The translations under genes and the position numbers were made by a program. A stretch of 20,000 nt of DNA from Chiloscyllium plagiosum (taxonomy: Eukaryota). The stretch is from positions 4,273,974 to 4,293,973 of the forward strand of contig NC_057750.1 of NCBI RefSeq assembly GCF_004010195.1, written 5' to 3'. This document shows positions 1 through 11,397 of this stretch, piece after piece. Below the pieces are notes generated by a model. It did no database searches. It saw only the letters and a program-made list of their open reading frames with translations, and was not told the DNA's origin. Each line of letters begins with the position of its first letter. Positions within the stretch are counted from its first letter, which is position 1.

Positions 1-125
1 ATAGTGAGATGAATAGAGCTGGACGCTTTGGGAGGGACTCTCAATGGCAAGAAATCACAGGCCTCCTCACTTCCTTTCTCCTGATATCGTTATCCTCCTC
101 CTCTTTAATACAGATAAGGTTTCTT

Positions 126-420
126 CATAGAGCCATTCCAAACGGCAATAGACCCTTCGGTCCAACCGGTCCATGCTGAATATAATCCCAAACTAAATTA
201 GTCCCACCTGCCTGCTCCTGACCCATATCCCTCCAAACCTTTCCTATTCACATACTTATCCAAATGTCTTTTAAACGTTGTAATTGTACCTACATCCACC
301 ACTTCCTCAGCAAGTTCATTCCACACATGAACCACCCTCTGTGTTGGAAAGAAAATTGCCCCCATGTCTTTTTTTAATCTCTCTACTCTCAATTTAAAAA
401 TGTGTTCCCTAGTCTTGGAG
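126..420 (-). mobile_element. CR1-clade LINE 3' end fragment (HER1-like)
   Basis: ORF 198-452(-) contains FF.TQRVVHVWNELAEEVVDVGTITTFKRHLDKY, the typical CR1 ORF2 C-terminus. It is followed by a 3' UTR with a ttggaccgaagggtct hairpin similar to the HE1 tails. Confidence 0.88.
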
Positions 421-1726
421 AGTACTAATTGTTCGGCAAGTGAAGAATGCACCAGTTAATTATGATTTTTAAATACTGTTCTGTGTGAATTGTCCTGCAA
501 GACAAAATGCTTAAACAAAATGTTGCCTTTTTCTCCCCCAGCAGAACCAGAGTTATAGTTTGTGAAATAAGTAGAGTAATAGAGTATTGGAAAAGTTCAT
601 TTGGGCGTGACAGTGTGGATGAGGGTTCGAGTAGTGGATTTGTCCACGGGGAAGGGAGGTGTAAGTAAAGACTGCCTTTTGGATGGAAAGAGTATGTTGT
701 CAAAATTGAAATCCACAGTTTGATATGCCTTTTGAGGTTGTGAAGCATCCATTTCAGCTGAAGGCATTGACTGGTGGTGAGTGTATGGAGTTTGTAATGA
801 GTGCTCAAGGCAATGACTTTGATCTTCCTTTCTAACCTATTCAAGCAAAAATTAAAGTTAGGAAAAGGTTAACAAAAAATTTTAAAAATTCTTCATGGTC
901 CTTGAAAAGAATCACCGAGTGTGAGGTGTAAATGTTACTAGTTGTGAGCACAGCGCTGGGGAAAGATTTTGATGCTTAGCACAGACCAAAAATAAAGAGT
1001 TAATAAAGATATCTCTCTGACTGCGCCTATTCAGTGGCATCTGCTACCCAGTGTTGTCTCGACAGGGAGCACAATCTAATCACCAACATGTGGCAAAATT
1101 GGGCAGAAATTCAACAGCATTTACATTCTGAATCTGCAAGTGGTTTCCCTTCAGATCAGAATGAGTTAGCAGGAGAAATCAAAACCAATTTGTGCTGCCA
1201 CATGAGATCTAAGGGTTTAGAATACTTTGGCCTGGAGATGGATGGTGGCAAATCTTGCCAGTAGTACTCATTCAAAGGCTTATTTGTCACAGACTGTGTA
1301 GCGGTCCTGGGTGGACAAAGCTTTTGTCCCTTCAAACACATGTTAGAAGTTTGATCGTATGTTTAAAGGGCTTCCTGTTTTCCTATATAAAAGGTCTCCC
1401 ACAGTGTACACGCTTCATGTCAATTTCTTCTCTCCAGACAGAAAATGTTCATTCTGGCTGCTTCACTATTGCTCACTCAGCCAGAGCTCACATCTCTATT
1501 AAAGGAGGTTTTAACATGGCAAAGCAATCCAAACCACTTGACACAAACTACATGGAGAGATTAGAACAGGTCACCAAATACTGGAGATGTTAAAGGAGGC
1601 GAAGAAGGATTTCGGGAAGCAGCTCTGAAGCTTCGGACTCTGGTAGCTGAAGTCATAGATGTCAATGTGAAGAAAATTGCGAATGCACAGTAAGAATGAT
1701 GGGAATGCAGAGTTCTAAAGGGAACA

Positions 1727-1922
1727 TCGAGAGTGTGGTGCTGGAAAAGCACAAATGGTCAGGCAGCATCCGAACAATCGACATTACATCAGGATTCCTG
1801 ATGAAGGCCTTATGCCCGAAACGTTGATTCTCCTGCTCCTCTGATGCTGCCTGACCTGATGTGCTTTTCCAGCACCACGCTTTCGACTCTGACCTCCAGC
1901 ATCTGCAGTTCTCACTTTCTCC
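1727..1922 (+). mobile_element. Penelope-derived non-autonomous foldback element carrying a hammerhead motif
   Basis: Inverted arms at ~1727-1773 and ~1840-1886. Segment 1798-1888 is colinear with the Penelope 3' end at 16942-17018. Tail ctccagcatctgcagt. Confidence 0.8.
1792..1833 (+). ncRNA. Candidate minimal type I hammerhead ribozyme (Penelope-type)
   Basis: CTGATGA (1798-1804), imperfect stem II aggccttatgccc, GAAA (1818-1821), palindromic AACGTT mini-stem III with a GUU triplet, and stem I ggattc/gattct with one mismatch. Confidence 0.6.
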
Positions 1923-2071
1923 TTGTAGACGGATTGGTGAAGGATGTGAAAGAATTAGGTTTGAGACCATGAAGGGATTTGAAAGTGAGACTGGATCTGG
2001 AGCCAGTGTAGGTCAGTGACCGTGGAGGTGATGGGGCACTCAGACCTGATGTGAGTCAGAATATAAACTAT

Positions 2072-2373
2072 GATTAGATTTGATTAGATTAGATTCCCTA
2101 CAGTGTGGATACAGGCCCCCCGGCCCAACCAGTCCACACCGACCCTCCGCAGAGTAACCCACTCAGACCCACCTCCCTCTGACTAATGCACCTAACACTG
2201 TGGGCAACTTAGCATGGCCAATTCACCTGACCTGCACATCTTTGGACTGTGGGAGGAAACCCGAGCACCCGGAGGAAACCCACGCAGACACAGGGAGGAT
2301 GTGCAAATTCCACACAGACAGTCATGTGAGGCTGGAATTGAACTTGGGACCCTGGTGCTGTGAGGCAGCAGTG
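2072..2373 (-). mobile_element. HE1-type V-SINE, 5'-truncated
   Basis: (GATTA)n tail at 2072-2095, CR1-like 3' region, V domain (gggaggaaacccgagcacccggaggaaacccacgcagacac) and a partial tRNA head. Confidence 0.9.
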
Positions 2374-3180
2374 TATGTGAGTGTTGTGCAGTATCAACGC
2401 ACACTGTCTGTCTTTAGTGAAGAGCTGGGGACTGCCTACAGTTAATCCAGTACTTCGTGTCGTGTTGCACAATATCCAGTATGAATTGCAGGATTGTGAA
2501 TTGGAGTAGAGAACACATGCTGGCGGGTGGAGGGGAGGTGCAGCCATTCTGAAAGATGCTGAGAGTTTCAGAAACCAATTTTAAAAAACAATTGTCACAA
2601 GCAACGGATTGACCAGCCGTTAAAGCTGAATAGATGTCCTGGAACCTCATTTGACTGCCCTTTAGGCCAAGTAGAAATTTTGTAATATCTTTACTTGGAA
2701 GATTAAGTAAAAGAATATTGAGTTCACGATGGGGCAGATTGTACATGGTTGTGCAAGAAACTGGTTTGACAGCTGAATGACATTTTTCTAGTTCCATGCT
2801 TCATGTTCATAAGTTTAGTGTTTTGCCCAGCGATATGAGTTCATGCCATCACAACAGTTTTCAGATCTCTCGTGGGGTAATGAAGGAAGTGTGCCCCTTT
2901 TCTGACATAGTCCTGGAAAGCCAACTTTCAAAGCAAACAGTAAATCAATTGAGATAAAATCTTATGACATTCCAGGCTTCCAAGAATCCCAATTTGGAAA
3001 ATCACTTCTTGGGCAAGAGGGAAAACGCACACACATTGTTTACATGTCTTTTTGTTTTTTCTAACTCATTCTTTGTACGTTTAAAGAGAGTGAAATGAAT
3101 GTAATCCAGGGACATACGCGATATCCCAGGCATGTAGATGTTTATTGTTTGTCTTAGCCGCTTCCTGTTTTCTCTCCTAG

Positions 3181-3346
3181 GACTTCCAGCGTTGTCTCTA
3201 CAAATGTCTTTGGGCAGCCCAGGTTGCGAGCTTCACTCCGAGACCTCCGGTCACCACGCAAGTCCCACAAATCAACCCTTGAAGAAGATTTAAAGAAGCT
3301 AATTTTGTTGGACAACCCTTTGCCGGAGCAAGATAAAGAAATGCTA
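3181..3346 (+). CDS. SIPA1L3: Internal coding exon of signal-induced proliferation-associated 1-like protein 3 (C-terminal SPAR_C region)
   Basis: Polypyrimidine tract plus AG ends at 3180; GTATGT donor at 3347. After 1 nt it reads [55 protein letters not shown], matching recalled human SIPA1L3 [43 protein letters not shown]. Ends in phase 0. Confidence 0.93.
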
Positions 3347-3669
3347 GTATGTTTTACCTTGGGCAGCCATGGTGATTGGGTGGATGCTGAAATACACATT
3401 TTCTTGTTGTCCATGAGGTACAGCAATAAGATGGGAATACGTAGCTTGGGAAGAAAGTCAGTCACGCACAAGTTACCTTTGTACTTTTGGCACATGTTGT
3501 GATGTGAAGTGATGGGATATGGATTTTTGTTCCAGCTCCCTGCACAACTCCTTCAGTGAATTACCACAGATTATTCCATTTCTGAAAGTAAGTCGACCAC
3601 AGTCATCCCAAGTCACAATCCTGTCTAGATTGGCATCATCTGAACTTTCGAAACGGCTCCTCAGATTCT

Positions 3670-3935
3670 TATTTACTGAGATTTTGGCTGATCTGCAACC
3701 CAACTCCATTTACCCTACTGTGCCACATATCCCTTCATAGCTTTTGTTGATTAAAATCTATCTCCGGTAACATTAGCATTACATCCAATATCTCCTATTG
3801 ATGGAAGAGTTCCACATTTCTGCCACCAATTATGTAATGTTTCCAAATGTTAGTGATATAAAATTGGCTAAAAATGTCCTTTTTAATCCTTTCCTTGCCA
3901 ACCAGCAGAAATAATTTCTTTCTGCCCTTAATATC
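3670..3935 (-). mobile_element. Old CR1-type LINE 3' fragment
   Basis: gagattttggctgatctg...catatccctt...aaaatctatc...ggaagagttccacatt resembles the reverse complement of CR1 3' ends. Heavily diverged. Confidence 0.5.
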
Positions 3936-4258
3936 TTAACCATCGCACTACAAGGGAATCCAACCTGATATCGTTTGGTTCGATGGAGACTATGTGGAAC
4001 ATTGGGCGACTCCGTTTACACAATAAAAGCCGCCTGAATGATCCCAGACATCCGAAAGAGCCCATGTAGATTCTTAGAACTGAAGTATCAGGCTGTATTG
4101 CTATGGTGGAAATAGTGTGATTCAGGACATTTGGCTACAGTCAGTGGTCTGAAATCCTCTGTGATTTGTAAAACACGTGCAAACATTATAGCTTCCGTGA
4201 ACTTTTTTTTTCCTTTTATCTTTTCCTTAAATAAAGGAACTTCTCTGCTTCTCTCTAG

Positions 4259-4466
4259 CATTCTTCACGAAAGGCACTGCAGAGGACTCTGTCAGATGAA
4301 AGCATCTGCAGTGGACGGAGGGAAGCCGGTTTGTCCAGTTCCCAGATTGCAGCTCTTGACCAGGCACTGCCAAACGATGTGATCTTCACCAGCACATACC
4401 CTTCACAAACACTGCCCACACGCAGATTGACCCAGCCTCCAGCAGCAATAAATCTTGAAAAGAAAT
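4259..4466 (+). CDS. SIPA1L3: Internal coding exon of SIPA1-like protein 3
   Basis: ctctctAG acceptor ends at 4258; GTAAGA donor at 4467. Reads [69 protein letters not shown], compared with recalled SIPA1L3 [16 protein letters not shown]...LPSDVLFTST...EKK. Phase 0 to 1, compatible with both neighbours. This frame is not in the ORF track. Confidence 0.93.
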
Positions 4467-4811
4467 GTAAGAATGTAAATTAGGCTATAATATCTCCATT
4501 AATTTCTGATCTTTCTTTCTAATTGTAGATTTTTAGAATTTTCTTTTTGTATTGGTGTGTTTATGTATGTCTATAAAATAATTGTGAACTTGTAACTGAT
4601 AATTCGTTATCTTTTGTTGACTCCTCAATTAAATTTCTCCTCAAAACATTCTCACTGTGAAATGCCTAACGGGATTGTTCCCTTCACATGTTAGCGGATG
4701 GATCCATTATGGCCTGTTCTTTCTCTTTGGTTTTGGTCATTTCAGCAAGTGTCAAAACTGCAGTTTGACATGTGTTATCTACAACTGAATTTCCCCAGTC
4801 AAATGAATAGC

Positions 4812-5102
4812 ATTAGATTAGAATCCTTACAGTGTGGAAACAGGCCCTTCAGCCCAACAAGTCCACACTGACCCTCCAAAGCGTAACCCACCCGGACCCA
4901 TTCCCCAACCCTATATTTGCCCCTGACTAATACACCTAACCTACGCATCCCTGAACACTGTGGGCAATTTAACATGGCCAATTCACCTAACCTGCACATA
5001 TCTGGATGTGCAAACTCCACACAGTCACCCAAGGCTGGAATTGAACCCGGATCCCTGGCACTGTGAGGCAGTGCTGCTAAACACTGAGCCACCGTGCCAC
5101 CC
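4812..5102 (-). mobile_element. HE1-type V-SINE with an internal V-domain deletion
   Basis: attagattaga tail and a complete tRNA-like head ending ccgtgccaccc at 5102. About 50 nt of the V domain is missing near 5005 relative to the 11017 copy. Confidence 0.9.
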
Positions 5103-5146
5103 TGGGCAATAAATGTTGGACAGAATGCATGCCTTAAATTAATAGA

Positions 5147-5363
5147 ACCCCATGTCTGCGTGGGTTTCCTCCCACAATTGAAAGATGTGCAGGTGAGGTG
5201 AATTGACCACATTAAATTGCCTGTCATGTTCAGGGATGTGTAGTTTAGATGCATTAGTCAGGGTTAAATATAGGGTAAGGGGAATGGGTCTGGGTGGGTT
5301 ACTCTTCGCGGGTCGGAGTGGACTTGTTGGGCGGAAGAGCCTGTTTCATATTATAGGGATTCT
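5147..5363 (+). mobile_element. HE1-type V-SINE, 5'-truncated
   Basis: Starts within the V domain (ccccatgtctgcgtgggtttcct) and runs to gcctgtttc...tagggattct. Confidence 0.88.
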
Positions 5364-5737
5364 GTGAAGTGAACTGTTTTTCTCACTGCTCTGTGAACAC
5401 AGGCCTTTGAGAACAGAAGAGAAAGATGGATGAGAGAGAGAATTAATTAGATTGAAGAGATCTATGTCACCCTTGGGAGGTTTTAAACACAGACCTATGT
5501 ATGTTCTGTATCTTTCACACTGTGCTTTTTAATTCTCCTCTCAGTTGTCATAATACCTCGATGCAATGTGGCCTCTCTTCTTGAGCCACACTTTTTTCAC
5601 TCATTAACTACCCATTGCACGTCAGCACAGAAACGCTGGGAAAAGATGTATTTTGATGAGCAGTTGTTTCCTGGTCTGTTGGCAATTTCCCCCTCAAATT
5701 TTGGAATTAAATTCTGTTTTGTGTTTCTACCACTCAG

Positions 5738-5884
5738 CAAACATGTCTGCCTCTGAGCTGTCCTTGACTGATGTCCGTGACCGAATTCCTGTGCGTCGTA
5801 CTGATCCAGGACTGATGCCTCTGCCAGACACAGAGTCTGAATTGGAATGGTCCAGTCTGGTCAATGTTGCCAAAGCGTATGAAG
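5738..5884 (+). CDS. SIPA1L3: Internal coding exon of SIPA1-like protein 3
   Basis: ctcAG acceptor ends at 5737; GTATGA donor at 5885. Reads SNMSASELSLTDVRDRIPVRRTDPGLMPLPDTESELEWSSLVNVAKAYE, with the SIPA1L-family motif DPGLMPLPDT..LEWSSLVN.AKAYE. 147 nt, phase 1 to 1. Confidence 0.95.
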
Positions 5885-5929
5885 GTATGATTCAATCTGA
5901 AAGCAGCTTTGATATTTTGAAGTGTCATA

Positions 5930-6100
5930 TCAGGAATTCAAAACACTTCTGCGGAGAAAAAATAGAGTTAACGTTTAGAGTCCCATAGGATTCGAAAGGT
6001 TAACTCTGTTTCTGTCTCTGTAGATGCTGTCTGAGTTGCTGAATTCCTCCAGAAATTTCCGATTTTGCTTGTTTCAGATTTCCGGCAACTCTGGTTCTAT
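5930..6100 (+). mobile_element. Penelope-derived foldback element, second subfamily
   Basis: Inverted repeat aaatagagttaacgttt / aaaggttaactctgttt, followed by gatgctgtctgagttgctga...tcagatttccggcaactctg. Confidence 0.65.
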
Positions 6101-6510
6101 TTTACTCAAAATACCAATCTACTATTTCCACCATTTCTTCACAATACTTGAATTTATGAAATTCTAGACAAGTCCTCTATTTAGCTGGGCCTTGGAAATG
6201 CTATAGAACAGATACAGTCCTGTGGAGTATAGCTCAACAGATGAATGAGAATTGTGCAGTTGTGCTGTAGTCTTCTGTTTAGTTTGAACTTCTACAAAGT
6301 GAGGATCCACTACAGGAGCCCTTAAATGTCATAGTCAAAACCTGATTTACATTTCTAAATTATTAAAGCTAATCTCTTAACATCAGGGCTGAAGATTTAG
6401 TGTGGTCCAGGGCTCACCTGCTAAACCAGTAATACATTATACATATTGATCTGTAGGGATTTTCAAGTAAATAGCAATTGCAAGGAACCCAGTGGAGCAT
6501 AAAGTACATT

Positions 6511-6705
6511 GTCATTGAATTGCACAGAAAAGAAAGAAGCCATTCAGCACAGTTAGTCTGTGCTGGCTCTTACTGAAGACAAAACCATTCATTCACCTGC
6601 CTTGCTCACCTATATCCTTGCAATGTTTCCTCCTTCAAGGATTTGAATCTGAATCTGTCACTTTATCAGGCAGCAAATTAAACATTTGACCACTCATTGT
6701 GTGAA
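6511..6705 (-). mobile_element. Old CR1-type LINE tail fragment
   Basis: gtcattgaattgcacagaaaagaaagaagccattcagc resembles the reversed CR1 tail, followed by tcaggcagc...accactcattgtgtgaaa (reverse complement of an FTQ.VV-type region). Confidence 0.55.
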
Positions 6706-6809
6706 AGTGAAGGTTAAACTCCTTCCACCTCAGAAAGCTGGTCCAACCCCTGTGATTGGAATGAAAGTTTTCTTGTTTAATTCAGAGAGCCTTTTTTGTT
6801 CTCCATTTT

Positions 6810-7412
6810 TAAGGTAAGGGTGTCACAGGCAAGACTGTCATTTATTGCCCATCTGTGTTTGCTGTTAAATTCAGTGGCTTGCTTGCCACCTCAAAATAGT
6901 CAGGCAGAGACTGGAAGAACACACAAAACCAGGCAGCATCGGGAGGTGGAGAAATCAATGTTTTTCGGATGTAACCCTTATCCAAATATTGACTTCTGCA
7001 CCTCCTGATGCTGCCTGGCTTGCTGTGTTCTTCCAGCCACCTGCCTGTCTACCTGGGACTCGAGCATCTACAGTTTCTTTGTCTCGAAACTGCCCTCTGA
7101 GATGGCGAGAGTAACTGTGTTACAGTGACTCCTGTTCTATGAAAACCTAGACTGGGTAAGAATGACAGATTTCCTTCCTAAACCTGATACGGTTTTTAAT
7201 GACAACACCTAGCTTTGTGATACTATTACTAAGTTATATCCTCAATTTGTTTTTAAGTTATTGGTTAATTGAACTTAAATACTGCTGTAGTGGGAAAGAG
7301 CCAGCACATTGTGCTGAAGAGCTTCCTTCTGTGCCGAACTGTTCTACGACAATGTCCCCATTGGCATTTACCTGGGCCTCCAGATTACAAGACCAGTGAC
7401 GTTGCCAACATG
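6810..7412 (-). mobile_element. Second tRNA-derived shark SINE family, degenerate, interrupted by a hairpin element
   Basis: Blocks gtcacaggcaag...catttattgcccatc and gactgggtaagaatgacagatttccttcc are shared with 19185-19380. tRNA-like end cctgggcctccagattacaagaccagtgac. Confidence 0.55.
6895..7085 (+). mobile_element. Penelope-derived foldback element, third subfamily
   Basis: About 60-nt inverted arms at ~6901-6962 and ~6984-7046, sharing the gatgctgcctg core and the agcatctacagt tail with the 1727 element. Confidence 0.75.
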
Positions 7413-9314
7413 AAATGGCTTTGGCCAGTTCCACTTGAGTCCATCATGGCATAAAGGCTCCTAAATAATTTTCACTCTCCAGGGAGATGACCTGACTCTG
7501 ATATTTATATTGGGCAGCTTTTTAAATTTTAACATACAGATCTACTCTCACTTCAGCTGGCAAACCAGGACTGGTTTAGGCACCACCTGTGCCCTTGGTG
7601 TGGATTGTCATTCACTCACGGCGTCACTATCTTCTGTGTTAGGTGTATTTCCAAAAAAAAACTTTAAGCAATCTCTATGTTGCTGGGAAATCTGGTGTCG
7701 TCCACATTTAAGTCCTTGCAACGTTTAAATCCCTTTCCCTGCAGACCCTTGTTTTACCTGTTTACAAATAAAGACCTGCATCACATGTGCGTGCGCACCA
7801 TGCTTCCTGAAAGTCTGTGTCTGTGTGAAGAGAAATAGAGAATAATGTCACTATTGTGAGACAACAGAGTGTAGGATAACCTGAAACCTCTGGGAGAGCG
7901 TCACCTGAGACTAGTCCAAGCGAACGTTACACAATACATCGCTATAGTGGCATCACATCAACTGCTCTGAACTGAATATCCCGGGACTTGAAGCTGCATA
8001 AAACAAAATCTAGATTTATCCCCTCTGGCAAATCAGCAGTGCTAAAACCCTTAGGATTGGCACTGAAGTGGGTCTCTGCATTGTTGGATATCAGTTGCCC
8101 CAGTCTGATTTCAGTTCTGCTGGAGGATTGATTTTCAGCAGCACTCAATAAATAATAGCAGCAAATATTATCTACCGGAGTAACTCGATGCCCAATCTGT
8201 AGTGAAAGGAGCTCAAGGTCAGTAGTTGGATTAAGCATCAAATATTGGCAGCAATGTAAATGGACTCTGACAAAGCCCAATGCGGCAGAAACACAGCACC
8301 TCTCAGTGAAGCTTTCAATTTCTGCATCGGCTGTTGTTTCAGGAAGAGAGGGAGACTTGCTTGTCTGTAATCGTTAGCTTAAAAACTTAAGACTGATACT
8401 GACTGCAATATGCTGGAAGTGGCCTGTGTATCCATTACTCCCATGGACAGTCACCTCAGTATCTTATTTAGCTTCTTGTGGTCACCTTTTAAGAAAAAGT
8501 GTAATTTTATCTGTCAGTGATTTAGCTGTTGTGAGCAGCTGCATTGGCCGGCCCAACCAAGCCCACCATAATAATGTAAGAATTGATTGAAGGGGAAATG
8601 ATTAAAGAGAGACTTGGAGGGATTACTAGGATGGAGGATGATCATGACTGATCCAAGTACAGGAGCAATGCCCCTGATTTACGTATCTTTGTCTGGCCAC
8701 TATATTACTACTTACTGTGGTCCTGTTACTTTTCATAGTACAGCATTAACTGTTTGTTATTTTCTCAGGGGCCACGATAACCAACAGCATTTTGTTTTCT
8801 TTCTGTGTACATGTCTCTGGGTAATCATTATACTCATTAATCTTACCCCACACTCTCCTAATCAGATGCTCAACTGACAAGTGTTTTGTTTTGGAGAACT
8901 GTGTTCTGCAATTTCATGTGGAAAGAGGAGGAATTTCCTCCAATCTTTCTCTTGAAGTCTTTTAATTGGGGTCATACAGTTCACTGTCTAATTTATTATC
9001 ATCATCTACTCCTCTTCAACACTTTTATATAGTTAGATTACCGCTCTCCTTGATTTTCTCGAAGCATTTCAGTTCCTAGATTGTGTCAGAGCTTACAGCC
9101 CTAAAGTGTGCATTGCAGAGCATCATTAGCCACATTAATAAGTGTTACTTAACTGGATACTACAAGAGAGTATAATCCCCTCTAAATCCTTTCTATCTTG
9201 ATTGAAGTCTCCTATTGCAGGTGCATGTTCCAGTTTGCCCATTCCAATCTGCATTACACAGATTCTATTTAACTAGAACCGTTCCAGAGGTGAGGGATTA
9301 AATTCAGCTTCAAT

Positions 9315-9775
9315 AAGAGGAGCTGGGGTTGCTCTCCTTTGACCCCAGACACAGAATTGATAGAGGTTTCAAAATCATGATGGATTCACATAACGCTGTT
9401 GACCAGAGGCTTCGCAGAGGGAACATTTTCCTTTCATGGGAATGAACATAGCTAAACCGCATCCAATATAAAGTAATCACTAAGAGATTGGCAAGAAACA
9501 TCTTTACCCAGAGAGTGGTGAGAATATGGAACTTGCTACCACAGGAAGTGGTTGATATTTTAGGAAGCAAATATGAAAAAGAAGCAGGCCTTTCAGCCCA
9601 AAAATGCCCAGTAGATGCATTTAACTAGAGGTGAGGTAAGCATGTGAGAGAGAAGGGAATAGAAGTTTACAATGATGAGAAAAAGGAGGAGGAGGCTTAA
9701 GTGGAGCATTCACACTGACAACTGGTATACTCACTGGCATGAACACTAGTTGAATTGAAGGATTGTTTCGAATGG
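9315..9775 (+). mobile_element. CR1-type LINE 3' fragment
   Basis: tttacccagagagtggtgagaatatggaacttgctaccacaggaagtggtt encodes FTQRVVRIWNLLPQEVV, the CR1 ORF2 C-terminal motif. Confidence 0.82.
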
Positions 9776-9834
9776 TAATGGTGTTACTCAAGGCTGAACG
9801 GTTGATAAACAGGGACAGTGTTTTAAGGCTATTG

Positions 9835-10065
9835 GTAAAAAGAGCCAGAGGCGACACGAAATAAAATATTTTTAAGCAACAAATGGTTGAGATTTGGAGC
9901 ATGTGCCTGACATGGTGGAAATTGATTTGGTAGTGAAAGGTTTCGTATTAACAATCATAAAGTTTAAAGGCTAGGGCAAAACAAACCTAACTGGATTGCT
10001 CTTTGACACAGCTGGCACAGGTTCAATAGGCCAAATAGCTGCCACCTGTACTGTATTGTTCTGAC
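9835..10065 (+). mobile_element. Second, older CR1-type 3' fragment
   Basis: Degenerate FF.QR.V..W-type region and tail gctggcacaggttcaataggccaaatagctgccacctgtactgta. Confidence 0.6.
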
Positions 10066-10702
10066 TGTATTTGTACACAATAATGCCTCATAGGAGCTGC
10101 CTTTCTTTTATTGCTGGAATAATAGTCCCTTTTTAAATGCTGGATGACACACAGGAGTATACAATCTAGGTGATGAGACTATGGTTTTATTTTGGTCAAA
10201 AACTAAACAGGGTTTTGGAAAGCATTGTAATTGGCTGTTGGTTATATTCCCCATTTTGAAGGTGAATGTTTTGCACATGTTAGTTAGTTTCACGGGATAA
10301 AGAAAAGTAAATTAGTTTTGTATGAAGCCTTTATTCATAGTGTTACCTTAATATTGACTTTTTTCATACAATTATGTGCCTGGGTTTGACCAGGGATGAT
10401 GATTATTCCTGTTCAATTGATTGTTCCCATGGGGGAGTGCTCTTGAATTGTCACCACTCTGTGTCTAACCGCGTATTGTGGAGCAGCTGTCTCTAATAAA
10501 TGTCTGCAGCCCTTGAGTTGATGAAAACCCACAATCGTTTGCCAGATGTTTCCTTGAGGATTTGAGCTTGTGTTTTGTGTGCCATGTTGAGCCCATCACA
10601 AAACACATTGCGGGGCTTTGGAGGGGGAGGCAAATGGTCCAAAACATAGACTCACTCTGAAAAGGTCCATCAAAAGTCCAAAATGCCCGCCTAAATAATA
10701 TC

Positions 10703-11383
10703 TCGATTTAAAATTCTCATCGTTGTTAAATTCCTCTAGGGCCTTGCCACTTCCAGCCTCTGTAATCTCTTCAACCCTCCTGCCTTCCAAATTGCTGTGC
10801 TTCTGTGATTATGGTCTATTATATATCCTGATTATTAATCAGTCCAACACTGGTGACCTTGCCTTTAGCTGCCTGGGCCCCGAGTTCTGGAATTCCCTCC
10901 CAAAACCCCTCCAACTCTCTGCCCATTCCTTTTGAAGTCTGTGTTTGACCAAGGCTTTGGCTATCTGCCATATGTCCTTACTTGGCTTGGTGTGCAATTT
11001 TCCTTGTTAAGATTGTGGGCGGCACGGTGGCACAGTGGTTAGCACTGTTGCCTCGCAGCGCCAGAGACCCGGGTTCAATTCCCGCCTCAGGCGACTGACT
11101 GTGTGGAGTTTGCACGTTCTCCCCGTGTCTGCGTGGGTTTCCTCCGGGTGCTCCGGTTTCTTCCCACAGTCCAAAGATGTGCAGGGCCAGGTGAATTGGC
11201 CATGCTAAATTGCCCGTAATGTTAGGTAAGGGGTAAATGTGGGGGTATGGGTGGGTTCGCTTCGGCGGGTCGGTGTGGACTTGTTGGGCCGAAGGGCCTG
11301 TTTCCACACTGTAATGTAATCTAATCTAATCTAATCTAAAGACTTGTGTGATGCTTTATCGTGTTAAAGCTGCTGCATAGATG
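10703..11383 (+). mobile_element. L2-clade LINE 3' end, interrupted by the HE1 SINE at 11017-11340
   Basis: cgatttaaattctcatcgttg...ggccttgcc...gcctttagctgcctgggccc...ctggaattccctccc...tttgaccaaggctttgg (RI.FKIL/AF/LWNSLP-type L2 end). The tail resumes after the SINE (tttatcgtgttaaagctgct). Confidence 0.7.
11017..11340 (+). mobile_element. Full-length, young HE1-type V-SINE
   Basis: Pol III A box tggcacagtgg, B box ggttcaattcc, intact V domain, CR1-like tail and (AATCT)n end. CpGs retained. Confidence 0.95.
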
Positions 11384-11397
11384 ATCATCTTTGGAAT

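Larger units (their letters stand above)
1505..2066 (-). mobile_element. Degenerate L2-clade LINE 3' end, interrupted by a foldback element at ~1727-1922
   Basis: Segments gagaccatgaagggatttgaaa and ggagccagtgtaggtcag...ggtgatggg resemble the reverse complement of the L2 3' end also seen at 10703-11380. Boundaries approximate. Confidence 0.6.

Noticed and set aside
1..120. Possible upstream SIPA1L3 exon (frame reading SEMNRAG..., or LPFS in another frame)
   Set aside because: Similarity is limited to a few residues, the LPFS frame is bounded by stops, and the only suitable donor (GTTTCT) is weak.
3961..4097. Small MITE bounded by caacctgata / tatcaggctg
   Set aside because: Only a 9/10 inverted match with no clear target duplication; could be chance.
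4231..4258. Alternative upstream acceptor AG at 4236 (similarly at 3157)
   Set aside because: Use would add 22 (or 23) nt and shift the frame, and there is no transcript evidence.
10396..10480. C/D-box snoRNA (ATGATGA at 10396)
   Set aside because: No CTGA D box at a suitable distance and no terminal stem.
11017..11090. tRNA gene
   Set aside because: The A and B boxes belong to the tRNA-derived head of a SINE and continue directly into the V domain.
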